Positions 1 through 8,764 of a stretch of 24,000 nucleotides of DNA are shown here, one piece after another; position 1 is the first letter of the stretch; every line of letters starts with the position of its first letter. Under the pieces are notes generated by a model. That model searched no databases and was not told where the DNA came from. It saw only the letters and a list, made by a program, of their open reading frames with translations. This DNA comes from Neptunomonas concharum (GTDB lineage Bacteria; Pseudomonadota; Gammaproteobacteria; Pseudomonadales; Balneatricaceae). The stretch lies in contig NZ_CP043869.1 of the NCBI RefSeq assembly GCF_008630635.1, positions 2,207,160 through 2,231,159 of the forward strand. The letters are read 5' to 3'. Made by a program: the position numbers and the translations under genes.

Positions 1-132
1 TTCAAAAATGTTCAGAGGCACACCACTGCTGTTACAAAGCTCGCAGTGCGCGCCACAGCGCCTGACCAAGTCCTTCCCATAGAGCGACAACCCATGATGC
101 CGCTCTTGATGCTTATCACGCCCTTTTGACAT
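1..132 (-). CDS. N-terminal 44 codons of a small Cys-rich protein running off the left edge (possibly a PhnA-like zinc-ribbon family, from memory only)
   Basis: Minus-strand ATG at 132..130 with a GGAG 4 nt upstream, 11 nt downstream of the mtnD stop. Translation is MSKGRDKHQERHHGLSLYGKDLVRRCGAHCELCNSSGVPLNIFE, open to the window edge, with a C-x4-C-x2-C cluster. Too short to appear in the ORF track. Confidence 0.4.
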   Translation of the reverse strand, partial: MSKGRDKHQERHHGLSLYGKDLVRRCGAHCELCNSSGVPLNIFE

Positions 133-143
133 ATTGCTCCAGC

Positions 144-689
144 CTATTCATCGAATAAAGGAAAACGCTTAGCGATATCATCACCAGTGAAATCAGCAAC
201 CCAGCCTTGCGGATTGTTGAAAAAACGGATCGCCGTAAAATGCGGCTCAGGCCCCATATCAAACCAATGTTTTGTTTGATCTGGTACCGAGAGAAGATCA
301 TCTTTGCAGCAATGGATCATATAAACTTTATCTTCTATGTGAAGATAGAACATCCCTTCGCCGGCCACAAAGAAGCGAACCTCATCTTCAGAGTGCGTAT
401 GCTCCTGAAGGAATTTTTGTCGAAACTCATCCTTTTGCGGGTTATCTGGTGTGATCGCTGCGATATCAACGGTTTGATACCCCTCTTCTGATATCAGCTT
501 GTTAATCTCCTGATCGTACGCTTGGAGGACCTCTTCGTGGGTCATCTCTAGTGTAATCGGGCAGTCAATCATCCAGCGCTCAAAACGTATACCTACCTCA
601 CCTAGAACCCTGCTGATTTCATCGCCGTCCATACTATGGAATAAAACAGCAGAAGGGTCATTTTCTTGAAAAACCGTAATTGCGCTCAT
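144..689 (-). CDS. mtnD: Acireductone dioxygenase (1,2-dihydroxy-3-keto-5-methylthiopentene dioxygenase, ARD cupin)
   Basis: The 181-182 aa translation (MSAITVFQEND...HTHSEDEVRFFVAGEGMFYLH...) looks like the ARD/MtnD family and lies in an mtnB-mtnC-mtnD cluster. The ORF track starts at GTG 692. ATG 689 has better GGAG spacing (5 nt) and overlaps the mtnC stop by 1 nt (TGATG). Confidence 0.9.
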   Translation of the reverse strand: MSAITVFQENDPSAVLFHSMDGDEISRVLGEVGIRFERWMIDCPITLEMTHEEVLQAYDQEINKLISEEGYQTVDIAAITPDNPQKDEFRQKFLQEHTHSEDEVRFFVAGEGMFYLHIEDKVYMIHCCKDDLLSVPDQTKHWFDMGPEPHFTAIRFFNNPQGWVADFTGDDIAKRFPLFDE

Positions 690-1390
690 CACTTCTCCCC
701 CGTAGTCGGGTATAAAATGGCTACCTCATCAAAAGAGCGGGCCATAGGGTGTTCTTTTGGATCAAGCAACTGATCCCTAGCTAATAGACACGTTTGCATA
801 CCCGCAGATTTTGCCGCATCCAACTCTTCGATAATATCCGACAAAAAGAGAATATTTTCAGGGGGATACTGCATCGCCGACGCAATTTTTTGATACGACA
901 CACCTTCTCGCTTATGGCCGGTAGTTGTATCAAAGTAACCTGAAAACACAGGGGTCAAATCACCGTAGTCGCTGTAGCCAAACAACAGTTTTTGCGCTTT
1001 AACAGAACCGGATGAGAAGATATATAACGCAACCTTCTGTTGATCCCACAGCATCAAATGTTGATACGCATCGGGGTAAAGATGCCCGGTAAAATCACCC
1101 TTTTCGTAACCTTCTACCCAGATAAGCCCCTGCAAACTTTTTAGCGCTGTCACTTTTTTATCTTCATCAATCCAGCCTAAAAATGCCTGCACCAGCGTAT
1201 CTTTATCTGCATCAGGTTGTGAGATTTCAGCACGAGCCTGACTCATAATTTCTTGTACCATAGCGTCATCCCAATGATCACTCACGTACTCAGGTAACGC
1301 TTGGCGGGCATAAGGAAACAATACATCGTGGACAAAACGAATATCCGTTGTCGTTCCTTCAATATCAGTAAGAATAGCTTTTATCGTCAT
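689..1390 (-). CDS. mtnC: Enolase-phosphatase E1 (HAD superfamily) of the methionine salvage pathway
   Basis: 233 aa. The N-terminal HAD motif I is ILTDIEGTTT, and the overall similarity is MtnC-like. The gene sits between mtnB and mtnD with 1-nt stop/start overlaps on both sides. Confidence 0.9.
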   Translation of the reverse strand: MTIKAILTDIEGTTTDIRFVHDVLFPYARQALPEYVSDHWDDAMVQEIMSQARAEISQPDADKDTLVQAFLGWIDEDKKVTALKSLQGLIWVEGYEKGDFTGHLYPDAYQHLMLWDQQKVALYIFSSGSVKAQKLLFGYSDYGDLTPVFSGYFDTTTGHKREGVSYQKIASAMQYPPENILFLSDIIEELDAAKSAGMQTCLLARDQLLDPKEHPMARSFDEVAILYPTTGEK

Positions 1391-2013
1391 TATCGTTGTC
1401 CCAACTTGATCATCTCTAACTCACAGGCAAACAGAAACTCCAACCCCTCTAGGTGGCGACGCGCCTCTGCCATATCACGTCCCCAAGCGTATAAACCATG
1501 CCCCCTTACTAAAAACCCCCACTGTAAAGGGCGTTGCAGCCAACGTTGGTGTAGCTGCGCGGCCAATTCAGGCATATCTTGCGTGTTGTCAAAAACATGA
1601 ATAGCGGCTTCAGCATCGTGAGTGGTGTTTCCCGACAGGGATTTCTGCATTTCATAGCCACGCAATGTGAGTACATCCCCGTCCACAAGACGCGACAATA
1701 CTGTCGATGAAACGGAGTGAGTATGCAGTACAGCGCCAATATCAGCATCTAGTCCATAAAGAGCCATATGTAATAAAGTTTCTGCAGATGGCCGCTTCTC
1801 TGAGCCAATCACCACACCCTTGAGATCTACCTGTAGTAGATCCTCTGGCGTCAAAGCACCTTTATGCTTACCTGACGCCGTAACCCAAGCGTGCTTTGCA
1901 TCTATACGAACAGAGAAGTTTCCACCGGTTGCTGGGCACCAACCTTGCTGATCAATCCACTTCCCCGCATCAATAACGGATTGTTTAAGAGTATCTGGCA
2001 TTTGAACATTCAC
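1390..2013 (-). CDS. mtnB: Methylthioribulose-1-phosphate dehydratase (class II aldolase/adducin fold)
   Basis: 207 aa. GWCPATGGNFSVR and the HTHS metal-site motifs are typical of MtnB. The ORF-track start is GTG 2013; an in-frame ATG at 2001 is an alternative. Neither has a clear SD. Confidence 0.88.
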   Translation of the reverse strand: MNVQMPDTLKQSVIDAGKWIDQQGWCPATGGNFSVRIDAKHAWVTASGKHKGALTPEDLLQVDLKGVVIGSEKRPSAETLLHMALYGLDADIGAVLHTHSVSSTVLSRLVDGDVLTLRGYEMQKSLSGNTTHDAEAAIHVFDNTQDMPELAAQLHQRWLQRPLQWGFLVRGHGLYAWGRDMAEARRHLEGLEFLFACELEMIKLGQR

Positions 2014-2085
2014 GAAGTAACAAAATTGATAGTTTACGAGAAGTTTTCAATCAGACGAAGGGAAAGCAGAATTATTTTAAAGACA

Positions 2086-2108
2086 GGGGCGGCCATTTCG
2101 ACCGCCCC
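2086..2108. repeat. GC-rich inverted repeat GGGGCGG-N9-CCGCCCC in the mtnB/purT divergent intergenic region
   Basis: Perfect 7-bp GC stem read directly from the sequence. There is no T-run on the plus strand and only a weak T-rich tract on the minus strand. Confidence 0.3.
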
Positions 2109-2114
2109 ATCATT

Positions 2115-2133
2115 AACCGAAATGATTTCGGTT
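2115..2133. promoter_or_regulatory. Perfect 19-bp palindrome AACCGAAAT-G-ATTTCGGTT, a candidate operator
   Basis: 9+9 perfect inverted repeat with a 1-nt centre, which is too tight for an RNA hairpin loop and typical of a dimeric regulator site. It lies between the divergent mtnB and purT genes. Confidence 0.3.
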
Positions 2134-2266
2134 GAAGTGCCCGAAGGCAAAGGAGACATATGAAAAAACTAACCAACGCTTTCGCAATGCGTACTACCTA
2201 AATTCACATGATTCAGTATAGCTAATAAGTAACAAAGTCCAATGTCTGATTTTTCTTCTGATCACG

Positions 2267-2272
2267 TATAAT
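2267..2272 (+). promoter_or_regulatory. Candidate purT -10 hexamer (perfect TATAAT)
   Basis: TATAAT lies 34 nt upstream of the purT ATG. No convincing -35 is present (GTCTGA at 17-bp spacing). Confidence 0.3.
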
Positions 2273-2305
2273 GACTGAATTATTTTCATTGAAGGATAAA
2301 AACTC

Positions 2306-3487
2306 ATGGCAACAATTGGCACCCCTCTTGCTGCAAACGCAACCCGTGTGTTGATGTGTGGTGGTGGAGAACTAGGCAAAGAAGTCGTCATCGAACTACA
2401 AAGATTAGGGGTAGAGGTGATTGTGGTTGACCGCTACGCGAACGCGCCGGCCATGCAAGTTGCCCACAGAAGCCATGTTATCTCGATGCTGGATGGCGAA
2501 GCATTGCGAGAAGTCATTCAAGCCGAGAAACCAGACTTAATCGTCCCAGAGATAGAAGCCATTGCCACGGACACATTGATCGAGCTTGAAGCTGAAGGGT
2601 TTACTGTCATTCCAACCGCCAATGCAACTCGTTTAACCATGAACCGTGAAGGAATTCGTCGTTTAGCCAGCGAAACTCTTGGTTTAAAGACATCTCCCTT
2701 CAAGTTTGCTGAAACCCGTGAAGAGTATCTCGCGGCCATTCAGGACATTGGGCTCCCCTGTGTTGTAAAACCGATCATGAGTTCTTCAGGCAAAGGCCAA
2801 AGTACGGTGAAAACTGAAGATCAGATAGAGAGCGCTTGGCAATACGCCCAAGAGGGAGGCCGAGCAGGTCAAGGTAAGGTGATTATAGAAGGCTTCGTCG
2901 ATTTCGACTACGAGATAACTTTGCTCACTGTTCGACATACCAATGGCACCGCTTTTTGTGAGCCCATCGGCCACGTTCAAGTGGATGGGGACTATCGCCA
3001 ATCCTGGCAGCCACAAGCGATGTCCTCAGCAGCACTAAGCGCAGCCAAAGATGCAGCATTGAAGGTTACCGAAGCTTTAGGCGGCCGAGGGTTATTTGGT
3101 GTTGAACTTTTTATCAAAGGCGATGAAGTACTCTTTAGTGAAGTGTCACCAAGACCCCATGATACCGGTATGGTTACCATGATATCTCAAGATTTATCGG
3201 AATTTGCACTGCACGCCCGCGCTATATTAGGGTTGCCTATTCCAAACATTCATTTTCATGGCCCTAGTGCCTCCAGTGTTATTTTAGTTGAGGGCAACTC
3301 TAATAAGGCACAGTTTGCTGGTTTAGACGCTGTACTGGCGATGCCAGATACTCAGCTACGCCTATTCGGTAAGCCCGAAGTGGCCGGACAACGGCGCATG
3401 GGTGTTGTACTTGCCCGCGATAATACGGTGGAATCAGCAATCTCTAAAGCCAGTAAAGCTTCCTCTAACATCACGGTTACCCTTTAA
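2306..3487 (+). CDS. purT: Formate-dependent phosphoribosylglycinamide formyltransferase (GAR transformylase 2, ATP-grasp)
   Basis: 393 aa. The N-terminus [23 protein letters not shown] and full-length similarity match PurT. AAGGA lies 9 nt upstream of the ATG. Confidence 0.95.
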   Translation: MATIGTPLAANATRVLMCGGGELGKEVVIELQRLGVEVIVVDRYANAPAMQVAHRSHVISMLDGEALREVIQAEKPDLIVPEIEAIATDTLIELEAEGFTVIPTANATRLTMNREGIRRLASETLGLKTSPFKFAETREEYLAAIQDIGLPCVVKPIMSSSGKGQSTVKTEDQIESAWQYAQEGGRAGQGKVIIEGFVDFDYEITLLTVRHTNGTAFCEPIGHVQVDGDYRQSWQPQAMSSAALSAAKDAALKVTEALGGRGLFGVELFIKGDEVLFSEVSPRPHDTGMVTMISQDLSEFALHARAILGLPIPNIHFHGPSASSVILVEGNSNKAQFAGLDAVLAMPDTQLRLFGKPEVAGQRRMGVVLARDNTVESAISKASKASSNITVTL

Positions 3488-4214
3488 CATCCGCCGATTC
3501 AGGCTGAACCAGCGCATACCAAAGCTGGTTCAGCTCGGACCGTAGCGCGATTGCGGTTTTCAAAGCGCTTTGAAAGTCTGCTGTATTAAGGTGTTCAAAT
3601 AGCGGCAACTTCGCCAGTGCCGCCTCCTCGCAGCCAAACTCTTCACTCAATGCCGCGACATCAAGCCAAGGAGAGCCTAAGCCTGCATACTCCCAGTCGA
3701 GTACAACAAGCTGCTGCTTGTTCTGCAAAAGATTCCCTATGTGTAAATCGTGGTGCGCTAGGCAATATGGAATCTTAGGCAATGCACCAAATAACCGCCT
3801 TGTCCGATCCAGATTTTCTTGAAGGGAAGCCCGTTGTTCGGATGCTGATATGGCATCTATCTTTTCTTGGTAACCTTTCCAGATTAAATCGTACTTCTGT
3901 TCAGGCACATCAGATATTGATTGCCACTGCGCCACAATAGCCAACAGATCAGCTTGCGCTGGCATATTGCTAAGTTCCTGATACTCGCACAGGATCAACT
4001 GATCTACCGAAGACTCTAAAACATCAGGAGCCCAACTAAACCCTGCTATACGCGCCAATACTTGCTGCTCTCTTTGCCGATTAATACCCGGAATATCACT
4101 GCGACAATTTATCCTAAGGACGGCAGGCTGATTTTTATAAGTACCAACAAATAGTGTATTCGTCGTACCTGAATGGCCTTCAAGAGGCCGCCACCCCGCT
4201 AAGGTCAACGCCAT
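3477..4214 (-). CDS. Choline/ethanolamine/thiamine-kinase-family phosphotransferase; thiamine kinase is likely from context
   Basis: 245 aa with the Brenner-type catalytic loop [10 protein letters not shown] and the downstream VVLDWEYAG motif. It is transcribed divergently from the riboswitch-controlled thiBPQ operon. Its 3' end overlaps the purT 3' end by 11 nt. Confidence 0.6.
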   Translation of the reverse strand: MALTLAGWRPLEGHSGTTNTLFVGTYKNQPAVLRINCRSDIPGINRQREQQVLARIAGFSWAPDVLESSVDQLILCEYQELSNMPAQADLLAIVAQWQSISDVPEQKYDLIWKGYQEKIDAISASEQRASLQENLDRTRRLFGALPKIPYCLAHHDLHIGNLLQNKQQLVVLDWEYAGLGSPWLDVAALSEEFGCEEAALAKLPLFEHLNTADFQSALKTAIALRSELNQLWYALVQPESADVKG

Positions 4215-4284
4215 TTTAGTATGCCCTTAAGCATTGATTATCATCCTTCACCACTACTCACTGTTGATCACACTTATGGTACTA

Positions 4285-4372
4285 TAGCGCCCTCTTATCG
4301 GGGTGTCTGTATCGGTGCAGACTGAGATTTTACCCGTCGAACCTGATCCGGGTTATACCGGCGTAGGGAATA
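4285..4372 (+). promoter_or_regulatory. TPP (THI-box) riboswitch
   Basis: Conserved core read directly: GGGGTG...CTGAGA...ACCC...ACCTGATCCGGGTTATACCGGCGTAGGGAA. It lies immediately 5' of thiB. Confidence 0.9.
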
Positions 4373-4378
4373 AAGGAC

Positions 4379-5353
4379 ATGATGAAAAAACTTTTTACAG
4401 GCTTATTACTCTCTAGCGCAACAACTCTACACGCGGCAGATCTGACCATCTATACCTATGATTCATTTGTATCAGAATGGGGCCCCGGACCTAAGCTGGA
4501 AACTGCCTTCGAACAAGAATGCCAATGTGATATTGAATTTATCGCGGTAGAAGATGGCGTCAGCATTTTAAACCGTGCTCGCATTGAACAAGCACGCACG
4601 AAGGCTGACGTTCTGCTTGGGCTGGATAACTCCCTTACCGAGATTACCCGTGAAGCGAAACTGACACAACCTCATAATATTTCACTCGATCCAATTAGTG
4701 CACATCTTAATGGGCAGGACGATACCTTCGTACCTTTTGACTATGGGTATTTCTCGTTCATTTATGACAGTGAGAAAATTCAACAACCTGCTACCTCACT
4801 AAAAGCCCTGATTGAGTCAGAAGCCTCCGTTATCTATCAGGACCCGCGCACCAGTACACCAGGACAAGGATTGATGCTATGGGTTAAGGCCGTTTATGGT
4901 GATGAAGCACCCTCTGCCTGGAAACAACTTGCAAGCCACACTGTCACCGTCACTAAAGGCTGGTGGGAAGCGTATAGCATGTTCCTAAAGGGTGACGCCG
5001 ATTATGTTCTCAGCTACAACACATCCCCTGCCTACCATCAGGTTGCTGAACAAAAGAATCAATATAAAGCAGCGCGTTTTTCCGAAGGACACATTGTACA
5101 AACAGAGGTTGCTGCCATTTCAGCTTATGCGCAAAACCCAGCTCTGGCTCAGCAGTTCCTGACGTTTCTTATCTCCCCAAAAGCGCAGTCCATTATCCCT
5201 GTCACGAACTGGATGTTACCGGTCATCGACGATGTTACACTGCCCGAAGCATTTGATAGTCTGATCAAGCCTAAAACCATCGGCTTTACAGCTGAGCAGA
5301 TTGCCAAGCAGCGTCAACAATGGATTAGAGAGTGGCGCGCTTCTGCCAATTAG
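4379..5353 (+). CDS. thiB: Thiamine/TPP ABC transporter periplasmic binding protein
   Basis: 324 aa. It has a signal peptide (MMKKLFTGLLLSSATTLHA/AD) and ThiB/TbpA-like sequence, and it is followed by thiP and thiQ downstream of a TPP riboswitch. Confidence 0.9.
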   Translation: MMKKLFTGLLLSSATTLHAADLTIYTYDSFVSEWGPGPKLETAFEQECQCDIEFIAVEDGVSILNRARIEQARTKADVLLGLDNSLTEITREAKLTQPHNISLDPISAHLNGQDDTFVPFDYGYFSFIYDSEKIQQPATSLKALIESEASVIYQDPRTSTPGQGLMLWVKAVYGDEAPSAWKQLASHTVTVTKGWWEAYSMFLKGDADYVLSYNTSPAYHQVAEQKNQYKAARFSEGHIVQTEVAAISAYAQNPALAQQFLTFLISPKAQSIIPVTNWMLPVIDDVTLPEAFDSLIKPKTIGFTAEQIAKQRQQWIREWRASAN

Positions 5354-5355
5354 CC

Positions 5356-6930
5356 ATGAGTCATTGGCTTAGTTATGGTCTGGTGCTGTCTTTTACCTGT
5401 CTTTCCTTTTATGGACTGATTAGTTTTGGGAGCGCCTCACCTGACATTAACCTACTAAGCGATAGCTACTTCTATGAACTGTTAGGCTTTACCCTAAAAC
5501 AGTCATTGCTTAGTGCATTACTCTCTGTTGCGCTCGCTATTCCGGTTGCCAGAGCGCTATTTTACTGCCCGACACTTCCCGCAAAGCGCTGGTTTCTCGC
5601 TTTCTGTTTACTCTGTTTTGTAACACCAACGCTGATCGTCATTACTGGCATGGTTGCGCTGCTGGGGCGTTCAGGGCTTTTAACACCATTACTCAACCAA
5701 CTGACAGAGAACGGCTGGAACCTCTATGGGTTGTCAGGCATCTTACTGGCCCATATTTTTTTGAATACACCATTAGCGATTCGGTCGATCTGGTTACAAC
5801 TGAGCGCTATCCCTGAAACCAGTTGGCGCTTGGCTGCACAGCTTAAACTCTCCCCTTGGCAACGCTTTAAAACGGTGGAATGGCCTGTACTGAGGCAATC
5901 ATCCGCTGTGATCAGCGGCTTTATTTTTGTATTATGCTTCAATAGCTTTGCAGTGGTTCTAGCACTTGGGGGCGGCCCGAGTTCAACCACATTAGAAGTA
6001 GCTATTTATCAAGCGCTCAAATATGACTTTAATATAGCCGAAGCACTCACTCTGGCATGGTCACAACTGCTGATTGCAGGCACTCTATACGCCGTCATGA
6101 CACGTTTCGGCACGCTCTCATGGCAGTCAGTGGATAATGGAAGCCCGCACTCCCCACCCCAACCCTCCCGACAAAAAGCCAATATTTTTAAGCTGATCTA
6201 TCTACTGAGCTGGATACTGTTGTTGCTCCCTTATATTGCGTTGCTACCGGGATTACTAGATTACACACCCCGATGGCAGGACCTGAGTATGATTACCCGC
6301 CCCGCTGCCATCAGTCTAGGCTTGGCTTTTGTAGCAGCGATGATGGCCATGGGTATCGCCTACCTTCTGCTGCAGCCGATTCGCACTGCAGCGCTGCAAC
6401 AAAAAGAGCAACAACAGTTCTGGCTTGAGACTGTCGCTACACACACGCTGATCACACCGGCTATGGTGTTATCGGTAGGCTTGTTTGTCTTTCTGCTACC
6501 TAAGGTTGATCTGGATCGCTATGGCATCATTGCCGTAGTCATACTTAACACACTGTTGCTGGTACCCTTTGCCATACAAAAGCTAAAGCCACGAGTACTC
6601 CAATTTGATCAACAATATGATCGTTTAGTCCGGTCATTAAAACTCAATAACCGACATCGCTGGCGACTACTTTGGCCATTTATTAAACCGGTATGGCTTT
6701 CTACATTCGGGCTTGTTTTTGTACTGGGCTTGGGTGATGTGGCGATATTCTCCATTTTTGGCAATGCCGAATGGACCACGTTACCTTGGCTAATTTATGG
6801 GTTTGCCGGTAGCTATCAGTTGGCGGAAGCCAGTGCCGCTTCTTTTTTGCTGTTATTTATCTGTGCGTTGATCCTTTTCCTACTAGAACGCACACAAACG
6901 AGGAATACCGTCCGTGTTGAACATTCTTGA
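5356..6930 (+). CDS. thiP: Thiamine ABC transporter permease (duplicated MetI-like domains)
   Basis: About 525-532 aa polytopic membrane protein with two permease halves. The ORF track starts at GTG 5332, inside thiB. ATG 5356, 3 nt after the thiB stop, is more plausible. Confidence 0.88.
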   Translation: MSHWLSYGLVLSFTCLSFYGLISFGSASPDINLLSDSYFYELLGFTLKQSLLSALLSVALAIPVARALFYCPTLPAKRWFLAFCLLCFVTPTLIVITGMVALLGRSGLLTPLLNQLTENGWNLYGLSGILLAHIFLNTPLAIRSIWLQLSAIPETSWRLAAQLKLSPWQRFKTVEWPVLRQSSAVISGFIFVLCFNSFAVVLALGGGPSSTTLEVAIYQALKYDFNIAEALTLAWSQLLIAGTLYAVMTRFGTLSWQSVDNGSPHSPPQPSRQKANIFKLIYLLSWILLLLPYIALLPGLLDYTPRWQDLSMITRPAAISLGLAFVAAMMAMGIAYLLLQPIRTAALQQKEQQQFWLETVATHTLITPAMVLSVGLFVFLLPKVDLDRYGIIAVVILNTLLLVPFAIQKLKPRVLQFDQQYDRLVRSLKLNNRHRWRLLWPFIKPVWLSTFGLVFVLGLGDVAIFSIFGNAEWTTLPWLIYGFAGSYQLAEASAASFLLLFICALILFLLERTQTRNTVRVEHS

Positions 6931-7510
6931 CCTTAGCGTTGTATTGGATGGTTATACGCTACATTACGATTTAAACGTAATTAAAGGAGAGTGCGTTGCC
7001 ATTCAAGGCGCAAGCGGAGTGGGCAAAACAACCTTACTGAATATGATAGCGGGTTTTCTCAAACCCGAATCCGGAGCGATTTTCTGGGATGGTATGGACA
7101 TCTGCCAGCTAACGACTGAGCAACGACCAGTGAGCATGCTCTTTCAAGACCATAATCTCTTTGAGCACCTATCCGTTATTAACAATTTGCAGCTAGGTTT
7201 TGAAAAAGCGCCCCCCCAGCAACAGATTCTGCAAGCGTGCCAAGCGCTCGGGATTACCGACCAGCTGGAAAAAATGCCGCCACAACTTTCAGGTGGGCAA
7301 CGCCAGCGCGTCGCGCTGATCAGAACGCTTTTACGCCCAGAACCCATTGTTTTATTGGATGAACCGTTTGCAGAATTGGATCCTGAAAGCCGCCGAGCCG
7401 CTGCGCTTTGGACAAGGGAGGAAGCTAAAAGAGCAGGTAAAACATTGCTATTAGTCACTCATCAGGATGAGGATGTCAGCCTTGTTGCTGACCGAGCCAT
7501 TCGACTCTAG
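6914..7510 (+). CDS. thiQ: Thiamine ABC transporter ATP-binding protein
   Basis: 198 aa with Walker A GASGVGKTT, signature LSGGQRQR, Walker B IVLLDEP and H-loop VTHQ. The GTG start has GAGGA 9 nt upstream and overlaps the thiP end by 17 nt. Confidence 0.9.
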   Translation: MLNILDLSVVLDGYTLHYDLNVIKGECVAIQGASGVGKTTLLNMIAGFLKPESGAIFWDGMDICQLTTEQRPVSMLFQDHNLFEHLSVINNLQLGFEKAPPQQQILQACQALGITDQLEKMPPQLSGGQRQRVALIRTLLRPEPIVLLDEPFAELDPESRRAAALWTREEAKRAGKTLLLVTHQDEDVSLVADRAIRL

Positions 7511-7542
7511 TCAGCACATTTAGGCATGGTGTCGCACCAACC

Positions 7543-8580
7543 TTAAGCTGTCTTAACTTTCCAGTGAACCGTTTGGCCAGCAAAGAAAGGCACAATAGGT
7601 TTACCGTTAGGTAGGATAATCTCTTCAGGAATAACCCAGTCTTCTCTCACCAATGTAATGGTCCCCTCGTTACGAGGTAAACCATAAAAATCTGCACCGT
7701 GATGACTAGCAAAACCTTCTAGCTTATCCAGCGCATCTAACTCTTCAAAGACATGGGTATAAAGCTCGATAGCGCTCCAAGCACTGTAACACCCTGCACA
7801 GCCACATGCATTTTCCTTTGCTTCCTTTGCATGAGGCGCTGAATCGGTACCTAAGAAAAACTTGGCCGACCCAGTTTGCACCACTTTACGGAGCGCTTCC
7901 TGATGAGTACTACGCTTCAAAACAGGCAAGCAGAAGTTATGTGGGCGTACGCCCCCTACTAATAAATCATTACGGTTTAGTAACAGATGCTGAGGTGTAA
8001 TAGTTGCAGCCACATTCGTTGATGCCTCCGATACAAACTGCGCAGCATCCGCCGTTGTAATGTGCTCAAACACCACTTTTAAACCAGGAAACTGCTTAAC
8101 AATGTGGGCTAATTTTTGATCGATAAATACTTTTTCACGATCAAAAATATCAATATGGCTATCGGTGACCTCGCCATGAACCAGTAAAAGCATACCTTGC
8201 TCTTGCATGGTTTCAAAAACAGGATAAAGCGCTTCTAACTGACTGACCGCTGCAGCAGAGTTAGTCGTCGCTCCTGCTGGGTACATTTTAGCAGCAACAA
8301 TCCCAGCCGATTTGGCTTCAATAATCTGTTCGCGGGTCGTTTGGTTGGTTAAAAACAATGTCATTAGCGGCTCAAACGTTGAATCCTCCGGTCTTGCTGC
8401 AAGAATACGCGCTTTGTAAGCCAGCACCATCGTCGCATCGGTTACCGGCGGTACCAAATTAGGCATAACGATTCCGCGCTGAAAACATCGAGCGGTCGCG
8501 GCGACGGTCTCTGTGAGCATATCGCCATCTCGAAAATGTAAGTGCCAATCATCTGGCGTCTGAATCGTTAGCGTTGTCAT
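7543..8580 (-). CDS. pyrC: Dihydroorotase (E. coli-type, class II)
   Basis: 345 aa. The N-terminus [14 protein letters not shown] carries the HxH metal site, and similarity to PyrC runs the full length. Confidence 0.95.
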   Translation of the reverse strand: MTTLTIQTPDDWHLHFRDGDMLTETVAATARCFQRGIVMPNLVPPVTDATMVLAYKARILAARPEDSTFEPLMTLFLTNQTTREQIIEAKSAGIVAAKMYPAGATTNSAAAVSQLEALYPVFETMQEQGMLLLVHGEVTDSHIDIFDREKVFIDQKLAHIVKQFPGLKVVFEHITTADAAQFVSEASTNVAATITPQHLLLNRNDLLVGGVRPHNFCLPVLKRSTHQEALRKVVQTGSAKFFLGTDSAPHAKEAKENACGCAGCYSAWSAIELYTHVFEELDALDKLEGFASHHGADFYGLPRNEGTITLVREDWVIPEEIILPNGKPIVPFFAGQTVHWKVKTA

Positions 8581-8582
8581 AA

Positions 8583-8618
8583 CCTATCCTTATCAATCTC
8601 ATTTAGGATGGAATTATA
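8583..8618 (-). promoter_or_regulatory. Candidate pyrC promoter (-10 TATAAT) and leader inverted repeat overlapping the SD
   Basis: The minus strand reads TATAAT-TCCATCC-N16-GGATAGG-TT-ATG. The right arm contains the AGGA Shine-Dalgarno. The arms pair as CCATCC/GGAT(a)GG. Confidence 0.35.
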
Positions 8619-8764
8619 CACGATGCCTGTGCTATTTCCCTCCACACGATAGTACCCAAATAGAGACAAATAAATGAAAAAAAAAGAAAATTCATGTACT
8701 ATTAAGCATCATTACTGCTGCCTCGAATGGTACGCTGTTCGAGCATCACAGAAGGGACTCTTAA

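Noticed and set aside
207-491. Antisense or overlapping ORFs in the track that lie inside well-supported genes. Examples: 116-301, 207-491, 272-454, 1301-1600, 1509-1748, 2518-2739, 5724-5990, 7144-7458, 10419-10625, 12343-12588, 13657-14061, 15450-15686, 16459-16860, 17067-17390, 19142-19324, 21756-21950, 23129-23413.
   Set aside because: Each is fully embedded in, or opposite to, a long ORF with clear family-level similarity. Their translations are low-complexity or Arg/Ser/Cys-rich, as expected for out-of-frame reads, and none has a convincing RBS.
2049-2058. AGACGAAG, a possible MetJ met-box upstream of the mtn operon
   Set aside because: It is a single degenerate 8-mer. MetJ sites need two or more tandem AGACGTCT-like boxes.
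2176-2192. ACGCTTTCGCAATGCGT, a partial palindrome resembling a PurR box upstream of purT
   Set aside because: Only the outer ACGC/GCGT arms are symmetric. The inner sequence does not match the GCAAACGTTTGC core of the PurR operator in either orientation.
2160-2201. A 13-codon mini-ORF (MKKLTNAFAMRTT) with AGGAG 4 nt upstream, about 100 nt before purT; a possible leader peptide
   Set aside because: It shows no run of regulatory codons and no attenuator or terminator alternative structure downstream. The SD spacing is short. It cannot be told apart from chance without conservation or ribosome-profiling data.
6914-7510. ThiQ appears short (198 aa), a possible truncation or pseudogene
   Set aside because: Walker A, Q-loop, signature, Walker B, D-loop and H-loop are all present in order, so the ORF is simply compact.
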